NCBI GenBank assembly: GCA_022822185.1
Contig: JAJECE010000048.1
Coordinates: 7,809 to 71,808 of the forward strand
DNA length: 64,000 bases
Direction of reading: 5' to 3'
Origin: Rhodothermales bacterium
Lineage (GTDB): Bacteria > Bacteroidota > Rhodothermia > Rhodothermales > Bin80
The notes beneath the pieces were generated by a model. The model had not been told where the DNA came from. It searched no databases and worked only from the letters and a program-made list of their open reading frames with translations. Positions within the stretch are counted from its first letter, which is position 1; every line of letters begins with the position of its first letter. The translations under genes and the position numbers were made by a program. Below, piece by piece: positions 10,820-20,486 of this stretch.

Positions 10820-10831
10820 CTTGGTGGAGCC

Positions 10832-12097
10832 ATGATCCGCTTGATTGCACCAGATCAGTGGAGACGCAAGCCGGTCAGTTTGGATTCTGTACTGGAAGCG
10901 CAGGTTGCGAAGGTGATCAAGAAGGTCGTAGAATACGGTGATGCGGCTCTGTTGGAGTACACGAGCCGGTTTGACCGTGTTCAGCCCAAATCTATCGTGG
11001 TTCCCGTAGCGGACTTGGAATCGGCCTGGGAAGAAGCGTCACCGGCGTGGCAGACCGCATTCCAGAACGCTTCGAACAACATACGCCGGTTCCATACGCG
11101 ACAATGCCGCGAGAGCTGGTATGTGGATGACGGCGATGGGGTTCGTCTGGGGCAGCGCATTCTGCCGATAGATACAGCGGGTCTGTATGTACCCGGTGGC
11201 ACCGCGGCGTATCCGTCCAGTGTTTTGATGACCGCAATCCCTGCGCAGGTAGCCGGGGTCGGCAGTCTTCACCTTGCAAGCCCTCCGGATCCCTCTACCG
11301 GACTACCCCGCCAGGAGGTGCTGGCCGCTGCCTGCATGTTAGGGATTGAACATGTGTACGCAGTTGGCGGTGCACAGGCCATTGCCGCATTTGCATTCGG
11401 GACGGAGTCCGTCCCCCGTGTGGACAAGATCGTAGGTCCCGGCAGTGCATATGTTACAGCCGCCAAGAAATTGGTCTATGGTCATGTAGATATTGACAGC
11501 CTTGCCGGTCCCAGTGAACTGGTGGTGCTGGCGGATGCAACGGCTAGACCGGACTGGATTGCCTGTGATCTGCTCGCTCAGGCCGAGCACGACAGGCTTG
11601 CTTCCGCAATTCTGGTTACCCCGGATGAAGTGATTGCAAAGGCAGTTTGTCAGGCACTGGAAGAGGCACTGCAGATGATTCCGCGCAGTGAGATTGCATG
11701 TTCTGCACTCAAGGAACACGGGGTTGCCGTGATTGCTTCATCCATGGAGGAGGCGATCTGTATGGTGAATACCATTGCTCCAGAGCATTTGGAACTCATG
11801 GTGGCAGATGCATGGGATGTTTTGGAGAAGATTCGTCATGTCGGCGCAGTCTTTGTCGGTCCCTGGTCTCCGGAGGCGGTCGGAGATTACTATGCAGGCC
11901 CGAACCATGTGCTGCCGACAGGCGGGGCAGCAAGATTTTCATCGGCTTTGGGAGTAGACGATTTTATTCGGCAGCAGAGTGTGATCGGCTACAGCGAGCA
12001 GCGTTTGGGGAATGTTGCACATGAAATTGCTCTGATGGCACACAGTGAAGGGCTTGATGCACACGCACGCAGCATAGAAGTTCGGATGGAAGATTGA
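10832..12097 (+). CDS. hisD: Histidinol dehydrogenase
   Basis: 421 aa. GLYVPGGTAAYPSSVLMTAIPAQVAGV, VYAVGGAQAIAAFAFGT, IVGPGSAYVTAAKK, AGPSELVVLAD, LLAQAEHD, VGDYYAGPNHVLPTGGAARF. Confidence 0.95.
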   Translation: MIRLIAPDQWRRKPVSLDSVLEAQVAKVIKKVVEYGDAALLEYTSRFDRVQPKSIVVPVADLESAWEEASPAWQTAFQNASNNIRRFHTRQCRESWYVDDGDGVRLGQRILPIDTAGLYVPGGTAAYPSSVLMTAIPAQVAGVGSLHLASPPDPSTGLPRQEVLAAACMLGIEHVYAVGGAQAIAAFAFGTESVPRVDKIVGPGSAYVTAAKKLVYGHVDIDSLAGPSELVVLADATARPDWIACDLLAQAEHDRLASAILVTPDEVIAKAVCQALEEALQMIPRSEIACSALKEHGVAVIASSMEEAICMVNTIAPEHLELMVADAWDVLEKIRHVGAVFVGPWSPEAVGDYYAGPNHVLPTGGAARFSSALGVDDFIRQQSVIGYSEQRLGNVAHEIALMAHSEGLDAHARSIEVRMED

Positions 12098-13191
12098 TGT
12101 CAATCGAAAATCAAGCACTTCTACAGGTCAGGCGTGAAATCCAAAGGCAGCGACCGTACAAGGTCGGTGTTCCGTCTGGGCAGATCACGGTTAAACTCAA
12201 TCAGAATGAGAGCCCATTTGAGCTGCCGGATGAACTCAAGGAAGCGGTATTTGAGAACTGGAAAGAGATCGCCTTTCACCGGTATCCGCTGGAACAGCCG
12301 GATAAACTTGCAAAGTTGATTGCAGCGCAGGTTGGATGGGATTCCGATGGGATCATTATTGGGAACGGATCCAACGAACTGACTTACACGCTGGGATTAA
12401 CCTTTATTTCACCCAATGCCAAAGTGGTACTGCCCCGCCCGATGTTTTCGTTTTATGAGCGGGTTGTAGATATTTTCGGGGGGACTGCGGTGTCCATTGC
12501 TCCCCGGGAGAACCTGCAGTTTAACACCGAAGGGATTCTTCAGGCAGTGCAGCAGTCGGCTCCTGCAGTTGTGGTCATCACCTCGCCCAATAATCCCACA
12601 GGTCTGGCACTTCCTCTGGCGGAGATTAAAAAGATTGCCGGAGCGGCACCGGGATTGGTGCTGATTGACGAAGCATATATAGAGTTTGCTGATGAACCAA
12701 GTATGTTGACAATATTGCGAGACTATCCGCATGTGATTCTTCTAAGAACATTCTCCAAGGCATTTGGCTTGGCGGGGATACGTATGGGGTATCTTGTCGG
12801 GGATCCCGCATTAATGCGGGAGATGATGAAGGTGCGGCCCCCGTTCATGATTGATCGCTTCAGTATTGCTGCAGTAAAAGCAGTTCTTTCGAAATCCCGA
12901 TTGATTCGTGACCGGGTGGACAGGATTCGTTCCGAAACGAAGCGCTTAATTCAGGCGTTGCAGCAGATAAAAGGGGGGCATGTGCTTGCCGGACAAGCAA
13001 ATTTTGTTACCTTTCGGGTTCCTGGCAACAGTAAAGAAGTGTTTATGAAACTTGCAGAATGCGGTATCTTGGTCCGTGACATGAGCGGGTACCCGGAATT
13101 GGCGGGTTTTTTGCGCGTGAGTGCAGGGACACCGGAAGAGAACAGTGCGTTTCTACGTGCGTTAACGCAGTTATTGAGCATTACAGTCTGA
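12094..13191 (+). CDS. hisC: Histidinol-phosphate aminotransferase
   Basis: 365 aa. Overlaps the hisD stop codon by 4 nt. LNQNESPFELP, GNGSNEL, ITSPNNPTGL, LIDEAYIEF, and the PLP-lysine motif RTFSKAFGLAGIRMGY. Confidence 0.9.
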   Translation: MMSIENQALLQVRREIQRQRPYKVGVPSGQITVKLNQNESPFELPDELKEAVFENWKEIAFHRYPLEQPDKLAKLIAAQVGWDSDGIIIGNGSNELTYTLGLTFISPNAKVVLPRPMFSFYERVVDIFGGTAVSIAPRENLQFNTEGILQAVQQSAPAVVVITSPNNPTGLALPLAEIKKIAGAAPGLVLIDEAYIEFADEPSMLTILRDYPHVILLRTFSKAFGLAGIRMGYLVGDPALMREMMKVRPPFMIDRFSIAAVKAVLSKSRLIRDRVDRIRSETKRLIQALQQIKGGHVLAGQANFVTFRVPGNSKEVFMKLAECGILVRDMSGYPELAGFLRVSAGTPEENSAFLRALTQLLSITV

Positions 13192-13196
13192 AAACG

Positions 13197-13763
13197 ATGG
13201 CAATGCAGGAAGAACTTATTCCAGTGGAAATTGTCGGGTTGTCAACCAGCCCCAAGAGTGGCGGTGCGTTTGTTTTGATGCTGGGAGAAATATCTGGAAC
13301 ACGAAAACTCCCGGTCGTGGTCGGCGAAAATGAAGCCACCGCCATTGCAGTTGGTGTTGAGAAGAAAACCCCGCCCCGTCCTATGTCGCATGATCTTCTG
13401 TGCAATCTGATGAGGCATGTGGGGGCAGAGGTGAGTGACATTCTGATTGACGGGTTGGCAGATGGCACCTTTTTCGCCAAAATTCGATTTTTTTTGAATG
13501 GAGAGCATCTTGCACTGGATTCGCGTCCAAGTGATGCGGTTGCGATTGCGGTGCGTCTGGATGTGGACATTTTGGTGTCCGAATCAATCCTTGAAGAGGC
13601 GGGAATCCCATTAGGCGAAGGGGAGTCTGCCGCCCCCGTGGAGCCCGCGGTGCCGGCATCTCCAGTCGAACAGCTGGAAGCAAAACTTGCACGGGCCATT
13701 GAGGAGGAGGATTATGAGGAAGCGGCACGGGTACGTGATGCTTTGGCGAAGTTGAGAGAGTAG
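13197..13763 (+). CDS. Bifunctional nuclease (BFN/DUF151) domain protein with C-terminal UVR motif
   Basis: 188 aa. KLPVVVGENEATAIA...RPMSHDLLCNLM...DGTFFAKI...DSRPSDAVAIAVRLDVDILV, then a UVR-like segment EEEDYEEAARVRDAL. Confidence 0.8.
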   Translation: MAMQEELIPVEIVGLSTSPKSGGAFVLMLGEISGTRKLPVVVGENEATAIAVGVEKKTPPRPMSHDLLCNLMRHVGAEVSDILIDGLADGTFFAKIRFFLNGEHLALDSRPSDAVAIAVRLDVDILVSESILEEAGIPLGEGESAAPVEPAVPASPVEQLEAKLARAIEEEDYEEAARVRDALAKLRE

Positions 13764-13799
13764 TTCAAGATCGGATTGCCAGTCAGTCATTCGGTCAAA

Positions 13800-15398
13800 A
13801 TGGCACAAAAAATGATTCCCTCCAAGGGAATAAAGGGCAGATCACGGCTTTTCTCTGCGTACATAACGGACTATCCCCGACTGGCGGACTATTATGCCGG
13901 AGACTGGCGTGAGGACAGTAGTTACAAAGCAGTTGCCCAAAAACTCACTGCAAGCCCAGTGGACCGCCGGATACTGGTAGATGTTCTGGAGGAGCAGAAT
14001 GCAAACTGGGAGAATGGGACCCTCGCCACGCAGCTGCGAGACCCGGATTCACTGGCCGTGGTTACCGGTCAACAGGTTGGAATTTTTGGGGGACCTCTCT
14101 ACACATTTTACAAGGCCCTGTCTGCGGTTCGGTTGGCAGAGCGCCTGACCAGAATGCTTGCACGGCCGGTCATTCCGGTTTTCTGGATTGAGGGGGGAGA
14201 CCATGATCTTGATGAGGTGCGGCAGATCAGCCTGATCGGTACAAAGATCTGGTACGAGGGGCATCGCCCTCCCGATACCGGCAATCTTGGCAGCGTCGGT
14301 TCTCTGGTGTTCGATGCAGACATGGATCGTGTCCGGGCAGAACTGATCGGCCATTTGCCGGGGAGTGAATTCCGGGATCAGGTACTGGGAAACTATTATT
14401 CCGCATATCGACAGGGGGGCACCTTTACCGATGCATTTGCACATACCTTAAAATCTCTGTTGGGCAGGGGGACGATGGTGTTCATGAACCCGGAGGACTG
14501 CCGACTGAAAGAACTGACGGCGCCGCTGCTTCGGCGTGAATTAAGAGAGTATGCAATCACCTACACCGCCCTGAAAACGACCAGCGATACGCTGAAAAAC
14601 AGTTATCATGCGCAGGTACATGTCCGCCCCGGAAACGTATTCCGGCTCCGCGGTTCGCTGCGGGAATCACTACATCCGAGCAGCGAGGGTTATCGCCCGC
14701 AATTCTCCGAGGCGGAACTCATTCCCATTGGTCAGATCCACAAAATTCCGCCATGCAGTCTGAGTCCCAATGTAGTGATGCGACCACTGGTACAGGATTC
14801 GCTTTTGCCCACGGTGGCCTATGTAGCAGGTCCGGGCGAAATTGCCTATTTTGCGCAACTTAAAGCGCTCTATCGGTGGGCCAAACGCCCCATGCCCATC
14901 ATTTTTCCACGGGCGAGTCTTACGATCATTGAGCCGAGGATTGCGAAAATGATGGAGCGTTACGCGTTGACGGTGGAGGAGTTGGCTGACGAGATTTCAG
15001 AACTCATGCGTAGACGTGTTCTGGAAGGGTCCGAGTTTGCACAGGCATTCGACACGGCCGGGCAGATGCTTGATGCGTGTGCAGATGGGGTAAGACCTGC
15101 CGTGACCCGGGTAGATGTGACCCTGCGACCTACGGTAGAGGCGACGCTGGCGCAATGGAGGAAAGCGCTGGCGAAGTTGCGGCAGCGCACCGAGCGTGCA
15201 GAGAAGCGGCATCACGAACAACTGATGACGCAAATTGAGCACTGTAAAGCTGCGCTATATCCCAATGGAAATGTTCAGGAGCGGGAATTACCTGCACTCT
15301 ATTACTTGACGAAGTACGGCGACAGTTTCGTTGAGCAGGTACGCGCCCAGCTTCGTATTGATCACGACGGAGCGCATCAATTATTGATGCTGGCGTAA
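13800..15398 (+). CDS. bshC: Bacillithiol biosynthesis cysteine-adding enzyme BshC
   Basis: ORF open from the TTG at 13776; the first ATG is at 13800. BshC-type motif VVTGQQVGIFGGPLYTFYKALSAVRLAERL...PVIPVFWIEGGDHDLDEV, plus VAGPGEIAYFAQL and a C-terminal coiled coil. Confidence 0.8.
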   Translation: MAQKMIPSKGIKGRSRLFSAYITDYPRLADYYAGDWREDSSYKAVAQKLTASPVDRRILVDVLEEQNANWENGTLATQLRDPDSLAVVTGQQVGIFGGPLYTFYKALSAVRLAERLTRMLARPVIPVFWIEGGDHDLDEVRQISLIGTKIWYEGHRPPDTGNLGSVGSLVFDADMDRVRAELIGHLPGSEFRDQVLGNYYSAYRQGGTFTDAFAHTLKSLLGRGTMVFMNPEDCRLKELTAPLLRRELREYAITYTALKTTSDTLKNSYHAQVHVRPGNVFRLRGSLRESLHPSSEGYRPQFSEAELIPIGQIHKIPPCSLSPNVVMRPLVQDSLLPTVAYVAGPGEIAYFAQLKALYRWAKRPMPIIFPRASLTIIEPRIAKMMERYALTVEELADEISELMRRRVLEGSEFAQAFDTAGQMLDACADGVRPAVTRVDVTLRPTVEATLAQWRKALAKLRQRTERAEKRHHEQLMTQIEHCKAALYPNGNVQERELPALYYLTKYGDSFVEQVRAQLRIDHDGAHQLLMLA

Positions 15399-15421
15399 CC
15401 GGATTTACAGGCCGGAGGGGA

Positions 15422-16810
15422 TCACTGTGAGCGCAGTGAGTCCAGTGCCTGTATCATCGAGGAGGCAATATCAGGATATGCTTCATATTGATTGGTTGTC
15501 TCTGCCGGATCCTCATCAAGATTGTACAACTGCCGGGGCGGAGCATCCGGGGGAATCTCAACATTGGTGAAACCGCCGGATCCCTGCCCGTCAATCAGTT
15601 TCCAGTCCCCCTGTCGAATGGCTAACATGCCATGGATGGATTGGTGTACAGCTTCCTTGCGGGTGCTGGATCCGCCATATAGAACGGGTAACATGCTGAA
15701 ACTGTCTATGGCCCGGTGCCGGGTTCCGGTAAAGTCGGCAAGGGTTGCAAAGAAGTCAGTGTGTATCACGAGTTCATCGGTGGTGGAACCGGCCTCTATC
15801 ACGCCCGGCCACCGGGCAATAAACGGGACGCGATGCCCGCCCTCATGTATATCTGCCTTCATTCCCCGCCAGGGATGATTAGGTTCATGTTCAAAGATAT
15901 CAGAAACTGCCCTTGGCCAATACGCTCCATTATCGCTGGTCACGATCAGGAGTGTATGATCTGCCTGATTATTTTCGGCCAGTGCTTCAATGATTTGCCC
16001 AATCGCATCATCCACCATCACGACAAAATCCCCGTATTCGCCTGCCTGACTGCTTCCAATAAATTCTTCGGTGGGGAGCCAGGGTGTGTGTGGGGCCGCT
16101 AGCGGCACATAGAGAAAGAAAGGCTCTTCGTTTTGAGAGCGTTCGGTGATGTAATCAACTGCCCGCTGTGCGATTACGGGTAGCACATCTATATGATCAA
16201 AATCGGGGGCCATTGGGCCGGATCGCCAAAAATTTCCAATGCAGCAGCTATCGGGATTGTCACCATATTCCGTGGGGAGTGCGGTAGGATGCTCATTTTC
16301 CACCCAGACATAGGGGGCCATATCCAGTGATGCAGGAATGCCGAAAAAGTAATCGAAGCCCAGCGCACGCGGGCCGGGGGCAAGGGGGACATTATAATCT
16401 GTAGAATCCGCATTTCCAAGCCCTAGATGCCATTTACCGATGGCGGCGGTATGATAGCCTGCCTCGGACATGATGTCGGCAATGGTAACACGGCTGGTAT
16501 CAATGATCAGGGGCGAGTATCCTTCGGTGACACCGGATGCCAACTGCGGCAAGCGCCATGCGTAGCGACCGGTTAACAGCCCGTACCGCGTAGGTGTACA
16601 GACTGCAGAGGGGGAGTGCGCATCGGTAAACCGCATCCCTTCTGCGGCAATGGCATCCATGTATGGGGTTGGCGTTGCCGAATTGGCGTTATAACTCCCC
16701 AAGTCTCCCATTCCCATGTCATCGGCCATAATGAATACGACATTGGTTTTTTCGGGTGAATTGCAACTTACGAGAAAGACTAGAAGGACAAACAGGGGTA
16801 TACGTGTCAT
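15422..16810 (-). CDS. Arylsulfatase (Cys-type, formylglycine-dependent)
   Basis: Sulfatase signature CTPTRYGLLTGR, N-terminal VVFIMADDMGMGDLG, GKWHLG. Lipoprotein-type signal MTRIPLFVLLVFLVSC starts at the ATG at 16810. The ORF is open up to 16849. Confidence 0.9.
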   Translation of the reverse strand: MTRIPLFVLLVFLVSCNSPEKTNVVFIMADDMGMGDLGSYNANSATPTPYMDAIAAEGMRFTDAHSPSAVCTPTRYGLLTGRYAWRLPQLASGVTEGYSPLIIDTSRVTIADIMSEAGYHTAAIGKWHLGLGNADSTDYNVPLAPGPRALGFDYFFGIPASLDMAPYVWVENEHPTALPTEYGDNPDSCCIGNFWRSGPMAPDFDHIDVLPVIAQRAVDYITERSQNEEPFFLYVPLAAPHTPWLPTEEFIGSSQAGEYGDFVVMVDDAIGQIIEALAENNQADHTLLIVTSDNGAYWPRAVSDIFEHEPNHPWRGMKADIHEGGHRVPFIARWPGVIEAGSTTDELVIHTDFFATLADFTGTRHRAIDSFSMLPVLYGGSSTRKEAVHQSIHGMLAIRQGDWKLIDGQGSGGFTNVEIPPDAPPRQLYNLDEDPAETTNQYEAYPDIASSMIQALDSLRSQ

Positions 16811-17026
16811 TTGCTGAGTTAGCAGATCAAAGTTGTACATTTTTGGCACGGACCAAGGTTGCGAATTGGGTATTTGTGGAGCCGTGAAATAAAATCCACT
16901 GCCATGTTAAGTTACTGCGTGCAGCCGATCCAGTGCAGGGGGTATTTTGCAGGAATTTGGATTGCGTCATATTTCATCGAATCATCGTATTCAGAACTAG
17001 ACAGAGACAGATTCGTCAGGATACGG

Positions 17027-17728
17027 CTACTTGCATACTACGCCTTGTTCAACCCATCCGAGTGCGGTTGGTGCATTGGCGGCGGGAGGCTCTATACAGC
17101 CGGTCTTTATGGTATGTGGTTCGGATGAAATCGTGCGCCATTGCGTACTCTTACGGACAGGATCTGATTTGTGTGGCATCCTGTCCACGCATTTTGGGCG
17201 TTCCATCTCTACGTTCGGGCAATTTCGCAGAATTCCGGATAGTGCATCGGCTTCTTTACGATCCATTGTAAGGCCGTATTTTCGCTTGATTTCCACGATT
17301 CGGTTCGCATACCAGCAACGGTTGTGACGCGGGAGCCATTCGCTCGCATCATAGGCAATCTTCTGGCGGCGATTGAGCAGCGGGGCGGCGTGGGTGAGAT
17401 TCAACAGATCTTCTGCAAACTCTTCGCGAACCTGGGATGAAGCGGCACACAGGCCGGAATCGTGCGCTTCGGAACGTGCCACAATATGTTCAATGTCGGT
17501 TTGCCGGATGGAGACAAAGCATCTCATGCTGTAGGGAGAGAACAGTCCACCCTGATAGATCGAAATTTCCGGTTCTATGGATTGAGAGTAGGGGTAGTCT
17601 CTGCTGCTGTAGGAACTGCAGCGATCTTCGGGGCGGATCGGGATTCCCCGAAAGGTGTCTGCGGCAGATTGTGAGATGGCGGCAGACGGCAGAAAAAACA
17701 ATCCTGTAAGGAAAAATGCCCCTGCCAT
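17027..17728 (-). CDS. Secreted HNH/DUF1524-like (GmrSD C-terminal type) endonuclease family protein
   Basis: Signal peptide MAGAFFLTGLFFLPSAAISQS starts at the ATG at 17728; the ORF is open up to 17857. His-Me finger-like segment TDIEHIVARSEAHDSG...NLTHAAPLLNRRQK... Confidence 0.6.
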   Translation of the reverse strand: MAGAFFLTGLFFLPSAAISQSAADTFRGIPIRPEDRCSSYSSRDYPYSQSIEPEISIYQGGLFSPYSMRCFVSIRQTDIEHIVARSEAHDSGLCAASSQVREEFAEDLLNLTHAAPLLNRRQKIAYDASEWLPRHNRCWYANRIVEIKRKYGLTMDRKEADALSGILRNCPNVEMERPKCVDRMPHKSDPVRKSTQWRTISSEPHTIKTGCIEPPAANAPTALGWVEQGVVCK

Positions 17729-17898
17729 CTGCAGGCTTCTTTTCTTGAGTATGGTCAGGAAACGAAAACTCCACAGCAACCGCGTATCCAAGCGGATACA
17801 CATTCCCGTTTGATCAAGTGCCATGACTGTAGCTGTTTTTTTTCTTTGACACCGCAAATTTAGTCCGGTTGGATGTCATGGATAGGGGGAAGACAAAA

Positions 17899-19461
17899 TC
17901 ATCGTTCACAGGCGATCCCGTCTTGGTCACCGTCAAGTTTCATTGCGTCATCTGAAGTGGCATTGAATCTTCGATAGGGGAGTTTTTTGCAGCCGCCCCA
18001 GAAATTTTCAGGGATACACACGAACCAGTCCGGGTAACTGGAATGACATGTTATGGGTTGCATCAGGGGGTAAATTTTCTTCAGATTCTCATATTTGTGC
18101 GCGGCAATGATTCGATGGGGCGGCAGCTTGGGGAGGGGAGGGCGCCCCGTCTGGCATCCAGGGTCCCGGATATCTGCCAAGTCATCAAAATCATTGTCAA
18201 CTCCATCGGTGCATGCGGATCCAGATTCGTAGGATTCGGGGTCCGGATGTGCTCCTTTCTGCATCCACTTTTCGGGGATGCTTTGCCAGATGTCTTCGTA
18301 GTATGTATCAAACTGCCGTGTCAATTCGGGTGAGTTGATCAGGAGGGTATTCTCGTCGTTGGCCCATTCTCCGGCAGATGTCCAATTCATAGAACCCAGG
18401 ACCAGATATTGATCATCAATAGAGGCCGCCTTCATGTGCATCTTGCTGCCCCAGTTCTCAATCTTGACCGGGATTCCAGCTTCCCGCAGTATTTCGTGTT
18501 TGGAATACTCATTTTTGGCGGAGGTTGCATCAATAATGACCCGAACGTCTACGCCGCGCTGGTGTGCGGCAATCAGATCCGCCGTGAGATACTTTGCGGT
18601 AAGGAAGAAGACGGCGACATGGATGCGCGTTTCGGCTTTTGCAAGCAGTCCGCGTACACCGTAGCGGAGTGAATGATCCTGTGGAGAGAACCATGTTGTC
18701 ACCTTTCCAGATCCGAGTTGGAACTCTTCAATCCCATTCGCGGATTTTGAACAATTCCCGTCTCTTCCCCAGAGTTGTTCAAATTCCTGTGTATAGACGG
18801 ATGCAACCCGTTTGGAGTGAAGGATTACGACTGCATTGGCATTGTAGCCACCCGTACCGGAATTAGACAGGTTGGCCGAACCGGTCCAGATGTGTTCGTT
18901 ATCAATCACAAAGAACTTGTTGTGCATGATACTTGCAGCGGCAAATTCCTTTTTTGCGGCGTGACCGGTGACGAGGATGCGTTCCTGTCCCAGATTATAG
19001 GCCAGACACTGGAGTGGGCCACTGAATCCGGAGGGTCTTTGCCGCTCACAGGGAGACACTTGCGTAAACTCATCCCGGCATTTTTTCTCCCGCACAAAAT
19101 CATCCCGAATATTCCCGATCTCCCGTTCCCATACATGGGTGGAACTGTAATAGTTTTTGTTCTGGGCATCCTTGTCTACATACCCTCGCAGGGTGACTCC
19201 CCGTTCCTGTGCCCGGAGGACTGCCTGCAGGAGTCCAGATTGCATGCGTGTGCCATAGACGGCAAAGTCAATCGTCTCCTCCGCCTGATCAATCAGTTTT
19301 ACCAGAGATGTACAGAGTTTACTGTCACACTGATCAAGGGGTTGATCAAATTCTCGTGGGTCCTGCAGGACGAGTTCAAGATCAGGTCCGGTAATGCATC
19401 CGAGCAGGATGAAACCGGCAAGGGCGGCCCACTTTAGAAGAGCATTGCCGAACAGGTTCAT
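17899..19461 (-). CDS. Phospholipase D / Nuc-like nuclease family lipoprotein with C-terminal Cys-rich and Excalibur-like Ca-binding motifs
   Basis: Two HKD motifs (MHNKFFVIDNEHIWTGSANLSNSG and MHMKAASIDDQYLVLGSMNWTSAG). Lipoprotein signal MNLFGNALLKWAALAGFILLGC starts at the ATG at 19461. C-terminus has CTDGVDNDFDDLADIRDPGC and DGDQDGIACE. Confidence 0.85.
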   Translation of the reverse strand: MNLFGNALLKWAALAGFILLGCITGPDLELVLQDPREFDQPLDQCDSKLCTSLVKLIDQAEETIDFAVYGTRMQSGLLQAVLRAQERGVTLRGYVDKDAQNKNYYSSTHVWEREIGNIRDDFVREKKCRDEFTQVSPCERQRPSGFSGPLQCLAYNLGQERILVTGHAAKKEFAAASIMHNKFFVIDNEHIWTGSANLSNSGTGGYNANAVVILHSKRVASVYTQEFEQLWGRDGNCSKSANGIEEFQLGSGKVTTWFSPQDHSLRYGVRGLLAKAETRIHVAVFFLTAKYLTADLIAAHQRGVDVRVIIDATSAKNEYSKHEILREAGIPVKIENWGSKMHMKAASIDDQYLVLGSMNWTSAGEWANDENTLLINSPELTRQFDTYYEDIWQSIPEKWMQKGAHPDPESYESGSACTDGVDNDFDDLADIRDPGCQTGRPPLPKLPPHRIIAAHKYENLKKIYPLMQPITCHSSYPDWFVCIPENFWGGCKKLPYRRFNATSDDAMKLDGDQDGIACER

Positions 19462-19591
19462 AGGTTTGGAAGGCGGTCTGCACTCCAAAGATAAGTACTT
19501 TGGGGATTATCACGGATGAATCGGGGGTCCCGTCACAAATGAAAATCCGGGCATTCACCGCGGTCCATTCCATTCCATTGAATCGTATTCC

Positions 19592-20386
19592 CTAATTACC
19601 GGAAGCTTTGGCCTCGAGTTCTTCCAGGGTGATCAGCAGTTCCTCGGCCACCCAGCCATATTGCGGGTTAATTTCCAGTGCCTGTTCAAATGCATCCCGT
19701 GCCTCTTGCAGGTCTCCCCGATCCATGTATACCACTCCGAGTCGTGCATGAACTTCATCGTGTCCCCACGAGGGCTGGAATGGATGGATGATATTTTCTT
19801 CTTCAAAAATTTTCAGCGCCTCGTCAAATTCTGCCTCTGCGATTGCCTTGTCTCCACCTACAAAGCCGGGAAGGTTATAGTTGATGATCCCCTTCATCAA
19901 TTTGACGCGTGGATTATTGGGTTCCAGTTCAAATGCGAGGTCTCTAGCCCGGCGATATTTGCGGCTCAGGCCGACGGCCCGAAGTGGTCTCACAGAAATT
20001 TTGTGAACATATGAACTTGAGAGCAGCATCCATGCGTCTGCAAATGTCGGATCAATCGCTACTGCCGCCTCCAGATGTTCAATGGAGTTATTGATATGGT
20101 CTAAGCGGATACGATTGCCGGCATCCTTAACTCCTTCCCGGATCATATTGGCCATTGCACTTGAGGCGGCGGCAGCATAGTAGTGGGCCCAGATGGCAAG
20201 GCTGTCATCATCGGTTAAAGGTTCGAGCAGTGCCCTAGCTTTTAGAATCTGATCATAGTCCCGTTTGTCTGATCCGTCATCTAAAACATCCATTCCCTCC
20301 CGAAGGAGATCCCGATTTGATTGTGCCTGGGATGTTGTAATGCAGAGAAAAAAGCACGCCAGCGTAATTATGCCTAAGTAGTTCAT
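19592..20386 (-). CDS. Secreted TPR-repeat protein
   Basis: Signal peptide MNYLGIITLACFFLCITTSQAQS starts at the ATG at 20386. TPR-like helical repeats (ARLGVVYMDRGDLQEARDAFEQALEINPQYGW). Confidence 0.65.
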   Translation of the reverse strand: MNYLGIITLACFFLCITTSQAQSNRDLLREGMDVLDDGSDKRDYDQILKARALLEPLTDDDSLAIWAHYYAAAASSAMANMIREGVKDAGNRIRLDHINNSIEHLEAAVAIDPTFADAWMLLSSSYVHKISVRPLRAVGLSRKYRRARDLAFELEPNNPRVKLMKGIINYNLPGFVGGDKAIAEAEFDEALKIFEEENIIHPFQPSWGHDEVHARLGVVYMDRGDLQEARDAFEQALEINPQYGWVAEELLITLEELEAKASGN

Positions 20387-20486
20387 CGGATTCAGGTGGA
20401 TACAGTGAGGTTCTTGCTTAATCAACTCAAACCACATTCTACTCATTACTGGTTCAAAGGTTAATCAAGGTGGGGATGCACCATGA

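Noticed and set aside
13181-13699. 172-aa minus-strand ORF antisense to the BFN nuclease gene. Similar long antisense ORFs occur at 4234-4875, 18775-19437, 24431-25066, 25621-26115, 34430-34978, 39386-40012, 41641-42168, 42756-43394 and 45058-45522.
   Set aside because: Each lies entirely inside a well-supported gene on the other strand. They have Ser/Arg/Pro/Ala-rich or otherwise biased composition and no recognisable motif, which is typical of shadow ORFs.
16859-17271. Two plus-strand ORFs (89 and 112 aa) between the sulfatase and the DUF1524-like gene.
   Set aside because: They overlap each other and the 3' end of the minus-strand nuclease gene, and have no motifs. They were treated as noise.
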